A stretch of 49,155 bases of DNA. It comes from a virus. Lineage: Duplodnaviria; Caudoviricetes. The translations under genes were made by a program, and so were the position numbers. The first letter of the stretch is position 1. The number at the start of each line of letters is the position of its first letter. Shown here piece after piece: positions 46,340-49,155 of the stretch. The stretch is from positions 1 to 49,155 of the IMG/VR virus record IMGVR_UViG_3300034053_000009; one strand, written 5' to 3'. The notes under the pieces were generated by a model that was given only the letters and a program-made list of their open reading frames with translations, was not told the DNA's origin and did no database searches.

Positions 46340-46834
46340 ATGCGAACATTTACGGAAGTTACCGTCGAAGTCCTCCCCACACTAGACCAAGCAAAGGCGT
46401 TGGCCCAGCAATTGGTCTACGTCAAGCAGATACTTGCTGGCTGTCCGGTAGGGGCGGGCAACCCCTTTGGTCAGCGTCTCAAGACCTTCAGTATCCAGCA
46501 CAAGGCCAAGCTGTGGGCGGCCATCAACATTGGTATGATGGGCTTTGGCGAATCGACATTGAGAGACCAGCGCTGGAACCGCCAGATGAATTATCGTTGT
46601 GGCACGAAAGGCCTTGAGATGATCCACAAAGACAGCTGCATCTACATACCCCAACTGCTGGCCGAGGGTGGCGGTGGCCGGCTGCTGGTGAAAAGCCTGC
46701 CCGAGTTCCCCCCTAACATCCGCATTCCGTTCCTGACCATCCGTGTCACGCCACCGGAAGAAGCACGCTGGCTGGTGGTGATGCACACTACTGACCGCCC
46801 GCCCCAAGCACGCCGCAAGAAGCGTCGGTATTGA
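46340..46834 (+). CDS. hypothetical early protein
   Basis: AGGAG RBS before ATG 46340; the upstream in-frame extension runs through repeats. Confidence 0.65.
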   Translation: MRTFTEVTVEVLPTLDQAKALAQQLVYVKQILAGCPVGAGNPFGQRLKTFSIQHKAKLWAAINIGMMGFGESTLRDQRWNRQMNYRCGTKGLEMIHKDSCIYIPQLLAEGGGGRLLVKSLPEFPPNIRIPFLTIRVTPPEEARWLVVMHTTDRPPQARRKKRRY

Positions 46835-46856
46835 CCTAAACGACCCTGCCTACGAC

Positions 46857-46885
46857 TTGACACGATCGTTTGACTATGCTATAAT
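46857..46885 (+). promoter_or_regulatory. consensus sigma70 early promoter
   Basis: TTGACA-17 nt-TATAAT. Confidence 0.88.
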
Positions 46886-47009
46886 GGTATCTGTAGTGGG
46901 AATTCACCCCCACTACGGTATCAGCAGCAGCCGGTCTCGCATAAGTGAGACGGAATTCCAGACAGCCTGTCCGATTTTCCGGCAGGCACTTACTTAAAGG
47001 AGTAATACC

Positions 47010-47267
47010 ATGAACGACCAGACCAAACAAGCCTACGCCAACGCGTTCGAACTCAGCATCAACCGCAAGCATCCCCAAGCCAAGGCCACCCACCCCGATC
47101 AACTCACCGCTGAACACTGGATCATCCTCCGACTCATGAGAGAAATGGTGGGCACGCCGGCAGTCAAGAGCCTGACCTATACGAAGTCGGCCATATGGCT
47201 GCTTCGTCAGCTGTCCCCCGACTGCTTAACTAAGGCCGTCATCCTGCTCAATACCGAGCACGATTAA
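47010..47267 (+). CDS. hypothetical early protein
   Basis: AAGGAG RBS; first gene after the promoter. Confidence 0.75.
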   Translation: MNDQTKQAYANAFELSINRKHPQAKATHPDQLTAEHWIILRLMREMVGTPAVKSLTYTKSAIWLLRQLSPDCLTKAVILLNTEHD

Positions 47268-47342
47268 CCCGGAATTCCGGACATCCCGTCCGATTTTCCA
47301 CCCCGTCTCACATATGTGAGACATTCACTTAGGAGTATCAAA

Positions 47343-48407
47343 ATGGCACTGAGCAAACTCACCCCGTCGCAAGCAGCAACCACAATCAAGACCTGCATCC
47401 GCATGAACCGCCCCCTCATGTTGTGGTCATCGCCCGGTGTCGGAAAAAGTGACACCGTCAAGCAGATCGCCCAAGACCTCGATGCGCAAGTGGTGGACAT
47501 CCGCCTGTCCATGTGGGACAGCGTCGATTTTCGTGGTATCCCATCAACAGCCAACGGTACGACAACGTGGAACCCGCCAGCGATCCTTCCGTTCGTGGAC
47601 AATCCCAAGTTCGACCCACAAAAGCTCGTCCTCCTTTTCCTCGACGAGGCGATGCAGGCTATGCCTTCGGTTCAGTCGGTGGCGTTTCAGTTGATCCTCG
47701 ATCGGGCGGTGGGCGAGCATAAGCTCATGGACAACGTGCGCATCATCATGGCGAGCAACAGGCAGCAAGACCGTGGCGGTGCGAACCGAATGGCGACACC
47801 GCTGGCCAACCGACTCACCCATATCGAACTGGTCAGCGACCTTGACAGCTGGTGCACGTGGGCGTTCAGCCACAACAAGAACCCTCTCGTGGTGGCTTTC
47901 CTTCGGTTGAAGCCCGACCTCTTGGACTTGTTCGAGCAGACGGTGAACCCGACCCTGCCGGCCAACGTCACGAGGAAGGTGAATGTGGGCGACCTCGCGT
48001 TCCCCACGCCTCGGTCGTGGGCGGTGGTGGCTGACATACTGGAACAGAACCTGCCCACGCACGAGCGGCTGCCGCTTATCACGGGCACCATCGGGGAGTC
48101 GCCGGCCACCGAGTTGGAAGCGTTCCTCCGGACATGGGAGAGGATGCCGAACATTGACGGGATACTCATGAACCCGGCCAGCGCACCCGTACCCACGGAG
48201 CCGGACATTCTGCACTCGGTCGCTGCCGCTCTCGTGTCACGTGCCAACAAGGGCAACTTCCCCTCGATCTATGAGTACGTCACCCGTCTGCCCGACGAGT
48301 TCGCCATGCTCATACTCAAGGATGCCACGGGCAAGAAGGCCGAGTTGATGACAACGAAAACCTTCAGTCAGGCAGCCGTGAAGTACGCCGCTGTGTGGCA
48401 GGACTGA
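47343..48407 (+). CDS. MoxR-like AAA+ ATPase
   Basis: SSPGVGKS, DIRLS, LFLDE, ASNR, PLANR and FPTPRSW motifs. Confidence 0.9.
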   Translation: MALSKLTPSQAATTIKTCIRMNRPLMLWSSPGVGKSDTVKQIAQDLDAQVVDIRLSMWDSVDFRGIPSTANGTTTWNPPAILPFVDNPKFDPQKLVLLFLDEAMQAMPSVQSVAFQLILDRAVGEHKLMDNVRIIMASNRQQDRGGANRMATPLANRLTHIELVSDLDSWCTWAFSHNKNPLVVAFLRLKPDLLDLFEQTVNPTLPANVTRKVNVGDLAFPTPRSWAVVADILEQNLPTHERLPLITGTIGESPATELEAFLRTWERMPNIDGILMNPASAPVPTEPDILHSVAAALVSRANKGNFPSIYEYVTRLPDEFAMLILKDATGKKAELMTTKTFSQAAVKYAAVWQD

Positions 48408-48487
48408 ACAGGAATTCCAGACAAGCTGTCCGAAGTTCCACCCCCCGGTCTCACCCATGTGAGACCACTTACTCAAGGAGTAGCAAA

Positions 48488-48655
48488 ATGAAACCGCAAC
48501 TGAAAGCCGTGGCCATCGGGGCCACAACAACAATGGCAGTCATCGGCATAGGGGCGTGGATCGTCACGCCGTTCGCAGGCCTTGTCCTGCTCCTGATGGC
48601 CGGCCTCATGGGCCTCACCCTCGCAGCCCTCTGTATTGGAGACGACCATGAGTAA
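48488..48655 (+). CDS. small two-TM membrane protein
   Basis: AAGGAG RBS before ATG 48488; hydrophobic. Confidence 0.6.
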   Translation: MKPQLKAVAIGATTTMAVIGIGAWIVTPFAGLVLLLMAGLMGLTLAALCIGDDHE

Positions 48656-48905
48656 AGCACAGCGGTACATCGTCGTAGTGCAGGCAGGTCACGTCATCAC
48701 CGGCTATCTTGCGGATGCCGCCCCGGCAGGGTACATACGGTTGGTGGATGCGGCGGTGATCCGGCGCTGGGGCACAAGTAAAGGACTTGGCCAGCTTGCG
48801 CTGGAGGGGCCACAACCAGAGACTACCCTCGACGTTTGCGGCATCGCTGAAATCCGGGAAGACGCCATACTCTGGCGTTGCCCATGCACTAGCCGGTGGC
48901 CGTGA
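48648..48905 (+). CDS. DUF6948-like small beta protein
   Basis: YIVV...G.V..G...L.DA.VIRRWGT.KGLG.LA..GP pattern; GGAG RBS. Confidence 0.65.
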   Translation: MSKAQRYIVVVQAGHVITGYLADAAPAGYIRLVDAAVIRRWGTSKGLGQLALEGPQPETTLDVCGIAEIREDAILWRCPCTSRWP

Positions 48906-49155
48906 TGTTCTGGAAAGGCGACGGCAACGGCTACGGCAACGGCTACGGCGACGGCTACGGCAACGGCTACGGCAACGGCTACGGCGACGGCAACGGCGAC
49001 GGCTACGGCTACGGCTACGGCGACGGCGACGGCTACGGCGACGGCAACGGCTACGGCAACGGCTACGGCGACGGCAACGGCAACGGCGACGGCTACGGCT
49101 ACGGCTACGGCGACGGCGACGGCTACGGCGACGGCTACGGCGACGGCACTGTTTT
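48905..49155 (+). CDS. Gly-X repeat protein, open at the window end
   Basis: ATG overlaps the upstream TGA; MFWK followed by 38 GGC-[G/A/T]AC units (48917-49144). Confidence 0.7.
   Translation, partial: MFWKGDGNGYGNGYGDGYGNGYGNGYGDGNGDGYGYGYGDGDGYGDGNGYGNGYGDGNGNGDGYGYGYGDGDGYGDGYGDGTV

Noticed and set aside
45394-48439. CRISPR array or integron attC sites made of the 29-bp palindromes
   Set aside because: Spacing is irregular and gene-sized; no GTTRRRY/RYYYAAC ends and no integrase in the window
48917-49144. Diversity-generating retroelement variable/template repeat (AAC to GAC/TAC variation)
   Set aside because: No reverse transcriptase or TR/VR pair in the window; the second A of each codon never varies; a simple tandem repeat explains the pattern
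1-49155. Prophage with att sites, or a complete circular genome
   Set aside because: No host genes, integrase or terminal overlap seen; both window ends fall inside ORFs

Overview
A ~49 kb piece of a GC-rich tailed phage genome with podovirus-type organisation. No integrase, DNA polymerase or tRNA is recognisable in the window. The plus-strand replication block (1-7.8 kb) encodes a VRR-NUC nuclease, an SNF2 helicase, a putative SSB, an NrdR-type Zn ribbon, an AEP primase fused to a DUF927 helicase, AntA and DUF6378. It converges on a long minus-strand virion operon (44.4 to 7.8 kb): terS, terL, portal, GroES, scaffold, major capsid, connectors, tail fibre, lysis genes, a P22 gp10-like tail protein and ejection proteins, including a 2764-aa polyvalent protein. 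A repeat-rich intergenic region (candidate origin or genome end) and a plus-strand early region with a MoxR ATPase follow. Most notable: (1) two three-way-junction antisense-type RNAs resembling P1 C4 / P4 CI, one able to pair with the primase Shine-Dalgarno; (2) a GIY-YIG homing endonuclease that split a virion gene and supplies a recoded replacement 5' end; (3) an L,D-transpeptidase domain inside the giant ejection protein; (4) a virion protein with two length-matched 20-aa T/S/G repeat arms; (5) conserved palindromic elements at early gene boundaries; (6) a (Gly-[Asp/Asn/Tyr])38 protein at the window end. All family calls come from motif recognition by eye, not from database searches.
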